DNA of 64,000 nucleotides from an uncultured Candidatus Rokubacteria bacterium (GCA_963754315.1 CAVWFS010000007.1:448001-512000), one strand, 5' to 3'; counted from the stretch's first letter, positions 33,143-43,946 are shown. Notes: generated by a model from the sequence alone, not told the origin. Numbers and translations: made by a program.

Positions 33143-33992
33143 GAGCGCACCTCCTGCGCGACTGCCGGGGTTACCCATGAGCGTTGGCGCGCTTGGTACG
33201 GCCTGATATCGGCTGGGTTGGGCACCGATTTGGCACCAATCGCCGCCGCACTGGTACAAGGCGTAGCGCAGTGATCGGATGCCGGGGAACTGCTCCCGCG
33301 TAAGTGAGGTCGTGCTGCGCTTCTGCGCCGCCCGGAACGAAGGGCCTTCGGAAGTCTCATGACTGTCACCGGCCGTTTTCGCCGAGGTCAGGCCTGTCCC
33401 CCCGGTGTGCCCAGGCGTGGCTCTCTCATACGTCTCAACTCAGCACAGCGGGCTCAGAGCTCCAAGGCGGGCTCGAGCTCCAGGAAGGACAAGGGAGGAC
33501 GAGACGACGAGGCATACCGCACTCACCCTGTGTGCGCCGGGTGAGGGACGCCTTCCTGCGAGGTTATGAGGAGGAGTCTCGGGGAGCCTGGCCCGTCGAG
33601 CGCGTACCCTCTCATGCCATCGGTGGGTCCAGACGAACAGAGCTGCAGCCACGGGAATCGACGATGCCAGGGCCACGAACCACGGGTCCATGCAAAGCCT
33701 CCTAGCTGTAGGACGAGTGGACAGAGGGTCGCTGTTCACTCGCGTGCGACGACGATAAGAGGCAGGAGCATCCTGGGTGCCATCGCGGAACAGCCCAAAA
33801 ATTCCGCGACTTACGATTCCCAATCGAGAAACGATCGGCATCGTGCCTCCGCCAGCGGAAAAATGCCCGGCGAGATCGGATTTCATCGATCACTCGCGCG
33901 GGTGAATGAGCTGCGCGCGCATGCTGAGCGTCATGGCCGGCACGCGCTAGAAGCCAGGAGATCCCGTCAGCGTGCGTGGCAACGCGCCGGAC

Positions 33993-35621
33993 TTAGAGGC
34001 CGGAGGCGTCGACGAGATCCGCGAGATCGTTGACGTTGACCCAGCCGCCGCGCGCTGTACACGACGCTGACCGGGCGCCCGCGTGCCACGACGCGGGTCA
34101 AGAGATCGCGAGAGCCGCGCCTCCGGAGCGTTCCGTCGGCGCGGGCCTCCGCGATGGCCTCCCGCAGCCACGCGCGCGCCGTCGTCGCCAAGGTGGAGAA
34201 GGCCGATCCAGACGCCATGGCTCTCCGCCGGGAGAGACGGCGTCGCCGATGCGGCGGAGGTCGAACCGCCTCGAAGCTGAAGCGCCCGGCGTCGGGCCGA
34301 TCGCCCATGACACGGTCGGGCTCGTCCGGCCGGCCGGCGAGCATGGAATCGACCGAGAGCGTGATGCCGGCTCGCCCGCCTCTTCCAGGAGCGCCTGCAC
34401 GATGTGGCGCTTGAGCACGATATCGCCAAAGGCCACGAGGGTGCCGGGCGCGAGGGCCTCTCGGCCAGTGCCAGCGACCATGCCTCGCCCGTCGTTGCCG
34501 AAGTCGGCGTTGTCGACGAACGCGCGCCCGGGACCTCGATCGCCTCCGCCCGGTAGCCGCGCACGACGGTGACCGCGTTCGGCAGCCGAAGTGCGCGAAA
34601 TCGTCGAGCAGGCGGGCGAGGATCGGCCGGCCCTGAACCTTCAGCATCGCTTTGGGCACCGCCGCGGTGAGTCCCGCGAAACCCGTCGCCGGCGCCGGCG
34701 GCGAGGACGATCGCCGACAGCGCGACGTCGCGCGCGGCGGGCAGATAGCGGTGCTCGGCCTGCCTCAGCTCGTCGTCGCCCTGCAGGCGGAAGACCTCGT
34801 GGCAGCGGCGCGACCTGCGGCTCGACGTCGATCAGCGATCTCGCTCGACGTGGCAGCCGGCGGGCCGTCGCCTGCATGGCGCGAGATCGCCGCGCGCAGC
34901 AGGTGGTTGGCCCAGATCGACCACGCTCACACCGGCGCGCGCGGAAACTCCGCGGTCGGCGTGCGCCAGTACTTGGTCGGCACGAGCACGAGCGGCGCCG
35001 CGGCTCGCCCACTCGGCGAGGAAGGCGAAGATCTCGGCCGCGGCTCGACTGGCGGCTGTGGATCAGGATCGCGTCGGCGCCGGCCCGGTGATACGCCTCG
35101 GCCCGCCGGAGGGCCTCGTCGAGGCCCCAGCCGGCGATGAGTGCCTCGACGCGGGCGACCAGCACGAAGTCGGGATCGGCCTGGCTGTCCTTGCCCGCCT
35201 TGATCTTGCCGCAGAACTCGTCGATGTCGGCGAGCGGCTGCTGCTCGCCCCGCAGGAACGAGTTGGTCTTGGGGAAGAGCTTGTCCTCGATGGTGACGCC
35301 GGCCACGCCGACCTGCTCGAGCTTGCGCACGAGGCGGCGCATGTTGTTGAAGTTGCCGTAGCCGGTGTCGCCGTCGAGCAGGATCGGGGATCGGCGTCGC
35401 GTCCGCCATGAAGCGCGACCTGGTCGAGCACCTGCGTCCAGGAGAGCTCGTTGTTGTCGCGCACGCCGAACGCGGCCGACATCGTGAGGCCGCTGGCCCA
35501 GATGCCCTCGAAGCCGGCCTCCTCGACGATGCGCGCCGACAAGCCGTTGTGGGCCTCCATGAGGAACGCGATCTCGGGCCGGGTCACGAGCTGACGCAGG
35601 CGCGGTGGTCCGGCGTGTCAT
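33993..35621 (-). pseudogene. pepM: Phosphoenolpyruvate mutase fused to a C-terminal nucleotidyl(cytidylyl)transferase; many indels as sequenced
   Basis: [22 protein letters not shown], signature [20 protein letters not shown]; then PKAML...GRPIL, VRGY, FGDI, WVNVNDLADL..* spread across frames. Confidence 0.85.
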
Positions 35622-36712
35622 GCCGCCCCCAGCTCCTCGAGGCAGCTCGCGAACGCGCTCACCACCTTGTCCATGTCAGCCGGGGTAAGCGTCCCGATGT
35701 TCGAGACGCGGAACGCATAGGTGCGGATCGCTCCCTGACCACCATAGATCACATAGCCGCGCTGTTTCATCGCGTCGTGCAGCGCGTCGTAGGTCACGGC
35801 AGCTGGCAGCCGGAACGTGGTGAGGATATTCGAGCGGGCTTGCGCAGGGACGAGGATCTCGAAGCCGAGCCGCGTCATGCCTTGCCGCAGCACGCGCGCA
35901 TTCTCCGCGTATCGTCTGATCCGGTCGCCACACCTTGGCTCCTCAAGCTCGACCAGGGCCTGCTCGAGGGCGTGCATGACCTGTACGGCCGGCGTGAACG
36001 GCGTATTGTCCGCTTCCTGAGCGACCCAGTGTGTGTACAGATCGAGGTACACGCTACGAGGCTCGCGGTCGCGCAGGGCTTCGAGCGCCGACCGCCGTGC
36101 CAGCACGAAGGCCACCCCGGGAATGGCCTGGACACACTTGGCCGCGCTGGCCGTCACAAAGTCGATGCCCTCATCCGAGATCTCGAGCGGCTCACCGAAG
36201 AGGGAGGAGGTCGCGTCCACGATGAGGCGGCGACCGTGGCGGGCAACCACCGCCGCCACCGCGGCCAGCGGGTTCAATAATCCGGTGGTCGTCTCATGAT
36301 GGACGAGTGCCACATGGCTGACGTCAAGATGCTGAGCCAGGACCGCGTCCACTGCCGCCGGCTCGATGGGTGTGGTCACGTCACGAGAGATGAGGTGAAC
36401 GGGAATCCGATGCGCCCGAGCGATGCGGGCCATCCGGTCACCATACACGCCGTTGTCGACGACCAGGAGGGCTCCCTCGGGCGGCACCGCCGAGGCGAGG
36501 ACGGCTTCGACGCTCGCCGTCCCCGAGCCGTTCAGGAGCACGGCGCTGAACAGATCACCGCCACCGGCAAGGCGGACCAGGCGATCGCGGATACTCCGCA
36601 CCATGTCAAAGCACTCGGGCTCGCGGTGGCAGAGGTCGGGCATCAGCAGAGCATGGCGCACGGTCTTGCTGGTGTTGGCCGGACCGGGATTCAGCAGAAC
36701 CCACTCGCGCAT
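35618..36712 (-). CDS. aepZ: 2-aminoethylphosphonate transaminase (AepZ/PhnW family)
   Basis: [39 protein letters not shown] (PLP Lys), VIY.GQG, FR..NIG. Confidence 0.9.
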   Translation of the reverse strand: MREWVLLNPGPANTSKTVRHALLMPDLCHREPECFDMVRSIRDRLVRLAGGGDLFSAVLLNGSGTASVEAVLASAVPPEGALLVVDNGVYGDRMARIARAHRIPVHLISRDVTTPIEPAAVDAVLAQHLDVSHVALVHHETTTGLLNPLAAVAAVVARHGRRLIVDATSSLFGEPLEISDEGIDFVTASAAKCVQAIPGVAFVLARRSALEALRDREPRSVYLDLYTHWVAQEADNTPFTPAVQVMHALEQALVELEEPRCGDRIRRYAENARVLRQGMTRLGFEILVPAQARSNILTTFRLPAAVTYDALHDAMKQRGYVIYGGQGAIRTYAFRVSNIGTLTPADMDKVVSAFASCLEELGAA

Positions 36713-36716
36713 AGAC

Positions 36717-37858
36717 TCAGCTCGTGGTGATGCTCGCCCGGAACCGATCGCGGATCGCGGGGGGGGCGTACGGTATGCGGGGCACGGCTGCCTCGTCCGC
36801 CGTCACCTTGACGAGGATGAAGTGGGGTCCACGTCTATCGAGCGCCGACCGCACGGCCGCCCCGAGCTCGTCCGTTCCCGTGACCGCTACCACCGTCGCG
36901 TAGCCGGCAGCGGCAGCCAGCCGATCCAGACGAACCTGGCGCGAGGGCGAGCGCTGATTGCCGGTCGAGCCATATACCTCGTTGTCGAAGACGCAGTGTA
37001 CGAAGTTGGCCGGACGGAGCCCGCCCACCTGGGCCAGTCCCCCGAGGTTCATGAGGACGTTGCCATCCCCGTCGGCAATGACTACCGGCACCCGCGGACG
37101 GGCCAGCGCGAGGCCGAGCCCGATGGCAGCGGCAAGACCCATCGAGCCGATCATGTAGAAGTTCTGCGGACGATCGCCGAGGAGAACGACTCACGGCACA
37201 CGTAGCCGTTGGCGTGGATCAGGGGCTCCGGGCCAAGCTCCTTCACCACCGCCCCCAGCGCCGCCAAACGCGAGACGTGAGGGGGGCCGAGAGTGTGCTC
37301 CGTCTCGGTTCCCGTCGCCGAGGGCATCGGCGTCGACCCTGTCGACAGGGCCCGATGCGCGTGACCAGCCTCGACCACCCCCGGCGGCACGATTAGGGCG
37401 ACAGGCTGCATCCGCGCGTCCATCTGCGACGCCGCCCACACGAGATCCGTCTCGAGCGAGGCTCCGCCGACAATCCGATAAGGAATGCCGAGAAGCGCGA
37501 GCAATCCAGGCGAGATCGCGCCCATCAGGATGTGTTCGGGCGCATCCTGGCCGCCATACCCACGCCAGGTCACCACCAGCAGCGAGGGGACCCCATACAT
37601 GAGGGCAAGCGAGGCGAGGGCGTTGAGGCTCGTCCCGAGCCCGGAGTTCTGCATGAGAATCGCCGGGCGCTTGCCACCGAACCAGGCTCCCACGGCGAGA
37701 CCGACCGCAACGTCCTCCCGCACGGCGGCGATGTAGGGAAGGCGCGGATGGTCTTCGAGGACGGCGATCAAATCCTCGATGAGCGAGCACGGAACCCCGG
37801 TGAAGAAGTCGAAGCCGTTGCGCTCGAGCAGTTCCGCAAACGCCGCGCCCGAAACCAT
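36717..37858 (-). CDS. aepY: Phosphonopyruvate decarboxylase (fused alpha+beta domains); frameshift near 37180
   Basis: FFTGVPCS, MQNSGLG, DAPEH; then FYMIGSMG and the GDG...DN..Y.STG.Q ThDP motif; clustered with pepM. Confidence 0.85.
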
Positions 37859-37869
37859 CGCCCCAGAGT

Positions 37870-38745
37870 CTAGCGAACTCCGAGACCGTGCGCGAGAAAG
37901 TGTTGCGCCGCTCGGGCCGGTCGATGCTCTAGGGATCGTGGCGAAGCCCGGTCAGGCTTCCACCGCACCGGTCCCAGGATCCCGTCAGCAATTCGCACGT
38001 GGGCGGTGCGAGCCGGGAGCCGGCAGAGGAGCTCGAGCTCACCGTCCTCGTGCTCTACCAGCGCTGTGCAGCTCTCCACCCAGTCGCCCGTGTTGCAGTA
38101 GAGCACTCGCCCCACTGAGCGCATCTCCGCCCGGTGGATATGGCCGCACACGATGCCATCCAGCCCCCGACGCCCCGCCTCTACGGCCAACGCGTGCTCG
38201 AAGTCCGCCACGAAGCTGACCGCACTCTTGACCTTGCCCTTGACGTAAGCGGACAAGCTCCAGTAGCCGAAGCCGAGGGCGCGGCGCGCGTGGTTGAACC
38301 AACGATTGAGGACGAGCAGCCGGTCGTAGCTGAAGTCGCCCAGCTTGGCAAGCCATCGATGATACTGCGTGATACCGTCGAACTCGTCGCCGTGCAGAAC
38401 GAGCAGCAGCCGCCCGTCGACTGTGCGATGAACCGCCTCCCGGGTGACCATGATGTTCCCGAGTTGCGTATCGCAGAAGCGGCGGAGGTACTCGTCGTGG
38501 TTGCCCGGCACGAAGGTCACCAGGGTCCCCGCCCTCGCCTTCGAGAGCACGGTTCGGATGACGTCGCTATGGATCTGAGGCCAATGGGGGGCGCGCTTGA
38601 GCCGCCAGAAATCGATGATGTCACCGACCAGGTACAGGAACTCGCAGTCGTGACCGTCGAGGAACTCCAGCAGCTCGCGCGCCTTGCAGTCGCGCGTGCC
38701 GAGGTGGGTGTCACTGACCCAGATCGTGCGATAGTGTGGGCGCAC
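37870..38745 (-). CDS. LpxH/PlcP-family metallophosphoesterase (putative phospholipase C)
   Basis: SDTHLG, GDIID, GNHD, HGD, CGHIH, NTGDWVE; AGGAGG RBS with GTG start. Confidence 0.85.
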   Translation of the reverse strand: MRPHYRTIWVSDTHLGTRDCKARELLEFLDGHDCEFLYLVGDIIDFWRLKRAPHWPQIHSDVIRTVLSKARAGTLVTFVPGNHDEYLRRFCDTQLGNIMVTREAVHRTVDGRLLLVLHGDEFDGITQYHRWLAKLGDFSYDRLLVLNRWFNHARRALGFGYWSLSAYVKGKVKSAVSFVADFEHALAVEAGRRGLDGIVCGHIHRAEMRSVGRVLYCNTGDWVESCTALVEHEDGELELLCRLPARTAHVRIADGILGPVRWKPDRASPRSLEHRPARAAQHFLAHGLGVR

Positions 38746-39442
38746 GCTCGCCTCCTGTCGGCCGCCGCTTTCTCGCGGCGCCTGTGATGACGTCGGACCA
38801 AAGCCATGCCGCGCGCCAGCCCGCGGGCGAGGCGGCTCGCCGCCCCGAGTATGCTCGGATGATGCGCGCGCGCCGGGGCTCTGAGGCGTCGGGACGCTTC
38901 GTCGACGTTCCCTCCAGCCAAGCTCCGGCCAGGTAATAGACGGTCTGCAGGATGGGCAACAGATGCCAGTCGGCCCCCGGGTATCGCAGAACCACGAACA
39001 CGCCCCAGATCGTCAGAACGGTGCCGACGTATTGGGGGTGGGACAGCACCGAGAAGGGGAACGAATCGCACCAGGGCACGTCGTACCCCAATCGATCGCC
39101 ATAGAAGACGCCGGCCCGGCCCAACCGGAGGAACACGCTCCACACGAGTAGTTGCCCGATGACGATGGCGAAGCCGGCCCCCGCCAGGGCCAGGTGGGAG
39201 TGGAGAGCCGGTACCCAGGGGCCGCTGCCGTGCACGTAGCACCACCCGAGGAACACGGACGCCTGGAGAAGCTTGAATGCGTAGAAGAGCTTCTGCACGA
39301 CGACGATCGGCTCCCCGAGGGTGGCTACCCAGGGACGTGCACACCACCGGCGAAAAGCCTGGGGCGCCCGGGCGATGCCCACGTAGCAGGCGCGCTCCAG
39401 GCTCAGCAGGGCGCCGGCGACGAGGAAGGTCACCAAGGTCAT
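38711..39442 (-). CDS. Phospholipid N-methyltransferase (PEMT/PEM2) family membrane protein
   Basis: Several TM segments; GQ.L...VF..LG..GVFYG...FPFS..SHPQYVG. The C-terminal tail may be read-through. Confidence 0.75.
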   Translation of the reverse strand: MTLVTFLVAGALLSLERACYVGIARAPQAFRRWCARPWVATLGEPIVVVQKLFYAFKLLQASVFLGWCYVHGSGPWVPALHSHLALAGAGFAIVIGQLLVWSVFLRLGRAGVFYGDRLGYDVPWCDSFPFSVLSHPQYVGTVLTIWGVFVVLRYPGADWHLLPILQTVYYLAGAWLEGTSTKRPDASEPRRARIIRAYSGRRAASPAGWRAAWLWSDVITGAARKRRPTGGERAPTLSHDLGQ

Positions 39443-39484
39443 CGCCGGACCCTCGCGTCTTGCACCGCCACCGGGTGCCCGCGC

Positions 39485-41704
39485 TCAGACGTGCCGCAGG
39501 TAGCGGGGCGAATAGGCGATGATGTCGGTGACGGGATCCGTGAGAAGTTTGATGAACCACACCAAGGCTAGCCGGATCCCGTGGGTCCACACGAGATAGA
39601 CGATCCGGCCCCCCACCACTGCCGCCGTCCACCAAAACCACGCCCAGGCCACGACCGGGGCTCTGGCCGTGAGCGTGTCGACCGTCCAGGCGTCGGCCGA
39701 CGCCAGGAAGGCGACGGGGATCAGCAGATAGGTGCCGAGGATGAGGGTCTTGTTGCGGGTGTTGTAGCCGAGCAATACGGCTTCCTTGTCGTGGCAGGGA
39801 GGTTCGAGGATGGCGTGGCCGAACTGCCGAAGGAGGAGAGCGGCCGAGCCCGCCCACATGGCAGTGGTGAGATCCCAGAAGGCCAGAACGTAGCACCCGA
39901 TGAACACACTGGAGCTGACGATGTGAAACAGCTGATTGACCACATTACTGTGGGAGGCATGATGATCGTCTTTCTTCCGCCGCATCACCTCGGCGTAGAA
40001 GCTCTGCAGGGGCCGAGGCACCCGCACCACACTGCCCAACACGTCGCGTACGAGACGCACTCGCATGGCTCTCTCCCTTCCTGGATGTTCCTCCGCGCTC
40101 AGCCACCATCCATCGGCCTTCATCTTGTGGGCCGCTCCCACCAGCGCCGCCTGCAAGCTGTCGTAGTCCTTGTCGGTGAAGTCCATGCTGGCCAGGCAGC
40201 GACCGGTGCCGACCCAGCTGAGGGTCACCCCTTCCGCCCGCAGGTAGTACTGCAGTAGCCAGTTGTAGCGGCCGGGCTCCGTGAAGAGGACTGTCCAGAT
40301 CGTGGCCAGATGCACCACCCGCACTGGCAACTCGGCATCCACCAGCCGCCGATTGGTCGCCTGCACCCACTGGGTGCATCGCTCGTTCATCTCTTCGTAC
40401 CGGGACCGGGTGCACGACTCCATCACCCAGCGTAGGAACTCGTTCATGGCGCCCATCACGACGGGATGCGCGGAAAAGGTTCCGATCACATAGGCGACCC
40501 GTAACGGACGCTCGGGGTCGAAACGGCTCATGAGAGCCTTCTTCCCGCACACCACCCCGATGGGCATGCCGCCCGCCACCGTCTTGCCGTACACGACCAT
40601 GTCGGCCGACACGCCGAAGTACTCTTGGGCGCCCCCCGGGGCGAGACGAAAGCCCGTGTAAACCTCGTCGAAGATGAGGGGGATGCCGGCCTCGTCGCAG
40701 ACGGCGCGCAGCTGGCTCAGCCACTGCGCGTAATGGCGAGAACCCTCCCCCGTTTTGCGAGCGGTACTCGTGAGGAGCACGGCATCGTTGGGCGGGGGTG
40801 TGTTCGGATGAAACGACTGCACGGGGTTGACGAGAACCCCGGCGATCTCGCGGGCCCGCCGCCGGATCACCGCCAGCGAGGAAGGATGGAGATCTTTGAG
40901 GGTGAGACAGTCGTCGAGCGGACGCTCGCTTCCGAGCCCCGGTTGCACCCCGTCCCACCAACCGTGATAGGCCCCCGAGAAGCACACGATCAGCCGGCGG
41001 CGGGTGTTGAAGCGCGCCAGCCGGACGGCGGCCATGACCGCCTCGGTGCCGCTCATGTGGAACGACACCTCGTCGAGTTTTGACACCGATCGCAGCATGG
41101 CAACGTTTTCGGCCACCAGCGGGTGGAGGGGGCCGAGCACCGGCCCGAGGTCGCGCACTCGCTCCAGGCCTTTCGCCATCCAGTCCTTGTAACGATCAAA
41201 GCCGGCCACGTTCAGACCATAGGAGCCGCTCACGTCGAGGGTCCAATGCCCGTCGAGGTCCAGGAGTCTCGGCCCGTCCGACTCCGTCACCACCGAGCAC
41301 AGGTTGAAGTGCTCCCGCATGAAACGCACGAAGGGAAACGGCACTCGGTTGGTGTCGGTGAAACGCAGATCGGAGAAGCTGTCGCGGATGGCGTCGCCCC
41401 ACGCCCGGGACCGGCCATACTCGGCCCGGAAGAATTCGGCCAACCGCGCCATCCCCTGCCGGCGGTGCTCGATCCACGGCTCACCGGCCCCGTCGGCGCC
41501 AAAGAACGCCTCGTCCGAATACGACCGTGTCTTCACCCAGTGAGCGAGGCGACGGGCGAGCGCTGGCGTCCACGCTTGCGCCGGCAAGGTCAAGAGCCGG
41601 ACGAAGAGCCGCCGCCCGCCCCAGATCGCCATCGTGACGAGCACGAGCCCACAGGCCGCCAGCGTCCAGCCCTCGAATCGCTGCCAAGTGTCAGTGACCC
41701 ACAT
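39485..41704 (-). CDS. Class-III PLP aminotransferase (GSA-aminomutase-like) fused to a C-terminal DUF962/Mpo1-like membrane domain
   Basis: DLDG, SGTEAV, YHG, FDEVYTGFR, GK..AGG.P.G, GTF; C-terminal H..SH....NQ.FH...RQ.GH...E; N-terminal TM anchor. Confidence 0.85.
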   Translation of the reverse strand: MWVTDTWQRFEGWTLAACGLVLVTMAIWGGRRLFVRLLTLPAQAWTPALARRLAHWVKTRSYSDEAFFGADGAGEPWIEHRRQGMARLAEFFRAEYGRSRAWGDAIRDSFSDLRFTDTNRVPFPFVRFMREHFNLCSVVTESDGPRLLDLDGHWTLDVSGSYGLNVAGFDRYKDWMAKGLERVRDLGPVLGPLHPLVAENVAMLRSVSKLDEVSFHMSGTEAVMAAVRLARFNTRRRLIVCFSGAYHGWWDGVQPGLGSERPLDDCLTLKDLHPSSLAVIRRRAREIAGVLVNPVQSFHPNTPPPNDAVLLTSTARKTGEGSRHYAQWLSQLRAVCDEAGIPLIFDEVYTGFRLAPGGAQEYFGVSADMVVYGKTVAGGMPIGVVCGKKALMSRFDPERPLRVAYVIGTFSAHPVVMGAMNEFLRWVMESCTRSRYEEMNERCTQWVQATNRRLVDAELPVRVVHLATIWTVLFTEPGRYNWLLQYYLRAEGVTLSWVGTGRCLASMDFTDKDYDSLQAALVGAAHKMKADGWWLSAEEHPGRERAMRVRLVRDVLGSVVRVPRPLQSFYAEVMRRKKDDHHASHSNVVNQLFHIVSSSVFIGCYVLAFWDLTTAMWAGSAALLLRQFGHAILEPPCHDKEAVLLGYNTRNKTLILGTYLLIPVAFLASADAWTVDTLTARAPVVAWAWFWWTAAVVGGRIVYLVWTHGIRLALVWFIKLLTDPVTDIIAYSPRYLRHV

Positions 41705-42886
41705 GTAGAACCTCCTCTCGGTGGGATGACCCCGTCAGGAGCTCCTCGAAGCGTTCCACCACCTGCGACCAATCAAACGCGAGAACCGCCGCACGAGCCT
41801 GAGCTCGTATCGCCGCCAACGCGCGCGGCGAGCGGGCTAGACGCTCGGCAGCTTCGATGAACGCCGCGGCTCGCGCGTAGGGAGCGAGAACTCCCGTCTC
41901 GCCGTCGGTGATGTGCCGTCGGGCCGCCGCGTAGTCATAGGCGACGACCGCGAGCCCGCTCGCCATGGCTTCCAGGGTCACGTTTCCGAACGTCTCCGTC
42001 TCGCTGGCGAAGAGAAACACGTCGGCCGAGGCGTAGTGAACAGCCAGTCGCTCGCCTCTCTGCACGCCGCAAAACACGAGGTCGGGGTGAGCCGCGCGCA
42101 GAGCGGCCCCAGCGGTCCGTCCCCAACCAGCACGAATCGGCGAACGCCTGGAACACGCTGCATGGCCCGGAACGCCTCCACGGCCAGCGCCACGTTCTTC
42201 TCGCACGCGAGGCGCCCAACCGTGAGAACGATGAGGTCAGTCGGCGAGGCGCCCCACAAGCAGCGGAGCGTCTCCGAGCGCCGGTCGGGTGTGAACAGCG
42301 TCGTATCAACCCCGCGCTCGAGGACGTGAAGATTTCGAAAGCCCTGCGCATGCAGGTGCTCACGCAGGTCGACGCTTGGTACGAAGGTGCCGGCAGTGCG
42401 ATTGTGCAACCAGCGCAGATAGCGCGCGATCGGCCGCCCGAGCCAGCCTGCCCCATAGTGCCGCATGTACGTGTGGAAGTTGGTGTGAAAGCCGCTCACG
42501 ACAGGAATGTTGAGCCGGCGGGCCGTGCGCACCGCCGACCATCCAAGCGGTCCCTCGGTGGCGACGTAAATCACACGCGGACGGCGGCGTGTCCACTGGC
42601 GACGCAGGACGCGCGTGGCCGGCAATCCCATCCGGAGAATGTGGTAGCCGGGTAACGGGACGCCGCGCACCAAGGTCAGTGTTGAATCCGGCGGCGCCAT
42701 GTGATCGAGGATGCTCTGCTGCGGGCGCACGATCGAGACGATGTGGCCTCGCGCACGTAGCCCATCGACGAGACGGGCGACCGTCAAGGCCACGCCGTTG
42801 ACCTCAGGTGGAAACGTTTCGGTGACCACGCAGACGTGATGAGCGCTGTCGCGCCCACGCGCTTGCGAACGTCGTGCGTCCCTCAT
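41691..42886 (-). CDS. GT4 glycosyltransferase (Agt/MgdA-like glycolipid synthase); frameshift near 42105
   Basis: VTETFPPEVNGVA, ATEGPLG, GFHTNF, RGVD, VGRL..EKN, ETFGNV.LEAMASG. Confidence 0.85.
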
Positions 42887-43158
42887 TGACGTCTCCCGAG
42901 CACCTCAGCGCCACTGGACGTGAGGTTCCCCGCAGTCAGTGTGGCGCCACCACGGACAGGACAGGCCATGAAGAGCTGGCTACTGAGGCATGTCTTCACG
43001 ATGTCGGTCGCGCAACAGGACGGGTACGCCATAGGTAACCCCAGGGACGGAGAAGCCGCGGACATCGAGGGAAGTTGGGTGAAAGGCGCCGAGAGCGGAG
43101 TCGCGCCCGGGGCTGGTCGGGCGAGCGTTGCCTGGCCAGCCCCGGGCGCGTCGAAGCG

Positions 43159-43946
43159 TTAGGAGGACTTGAGTTTGAAGCCTATGACGGTAGGGCGAGG
43201 CACCCCGGTGCTGTCGTGGGGCCACTGACTGCCGAGTGGTACGGTGCGCGTTTGCGTGAAGAGCCCGCCAGCGAGGTTCAGGCACTCGATGTCACGCACG
43301 AGGTTGGTTTCGTCGCCGATCGGTACATCCTCCCCCGGATGCTGCACGGAGATGATCAAGCTGCTGCCCACGAAGGTGGGGCCCGTGAATTCGCACCGCA
43401 CCGGCCCGTACGCAAAGGGAATGAGGAAGCCTGCGTCGGGGCCATCGAGGGGTGTGTAGAAGAGAGTATTGTTGCCGAAGACACCTACCAGGTTGGGGGT
43501 ATTGCCGCGGGTACTGTGATCAACGGTGAGACGGGCCGGAGTGAGCCCACTGCCCCAGCCTTGCATACGCCCTCTCTCCTCCCCCCCGCCCCCCCCCCCT
43601 CCCTCATGTTGTCTCACTCTCCCCACTTGACGATCGTGTAGTACTCATATTCCGGGGCAACAACCACGTCGTCGAGCACCGTGTACTCCCGCAGCGAAGG
43701 ATCGGCGGTTGGCGGAAGCACCACACCCGTTCCCCCTGGTCCGCGCAGATAGCTCGGTCGGGAGGTGTAGATGGGCAGAGGGTGGGGCACCCGAATGGGT
43801 GTGAAGCCCTGCACCCACGGTGCTCCGGCGGCCTCCACTCGACCCCCGCGCGGGGCGCCGATCTGGGCGACGGCTGGTCCGAGGGCGGCCGTCGCCGCCG
43901 TGGCACCGAAAAAGGTAAGGATCTGGCGTCGGGTAAGCTGGCTCAT
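43159..43946 (-). pseudogene. phoX: Tat-exported PhoX-family alkaline phosphatase with most of the middle deleted
   Basis: N-terminal part LTRRQIL...DD.VV...Y....WG (43614-43946); C-terminal part FGNN...GP..CE.TGP......SVQHPGE...GS.WP...PRP (43159-43560); joined at a G/C homopolymer tract. Confidence 0.8.

Noticed and set aside
36717..37858. Sulfopyruvate decarboxylase ComDE (coenzyme M pathway)
   Set aside because: The families are similar, but clustering with a signature-bearing PEP mutase and an AEP transaminase favours Ppd.
33993..37858. Phosphonate antibiotic cluster, or a complete phosphonolipid pathway
   Set aside because: No NRPS, ATP-grasp or resistance genes, and no CDP-alcohol phosphotransferase or LicD in the window, so the final transfer step is unaccounted for.
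39485..41704. hemL (tetrapyrrole synthesis)
   Set aside because: Extra membrane domains and a lipid-gene context; no hem genes nearby.
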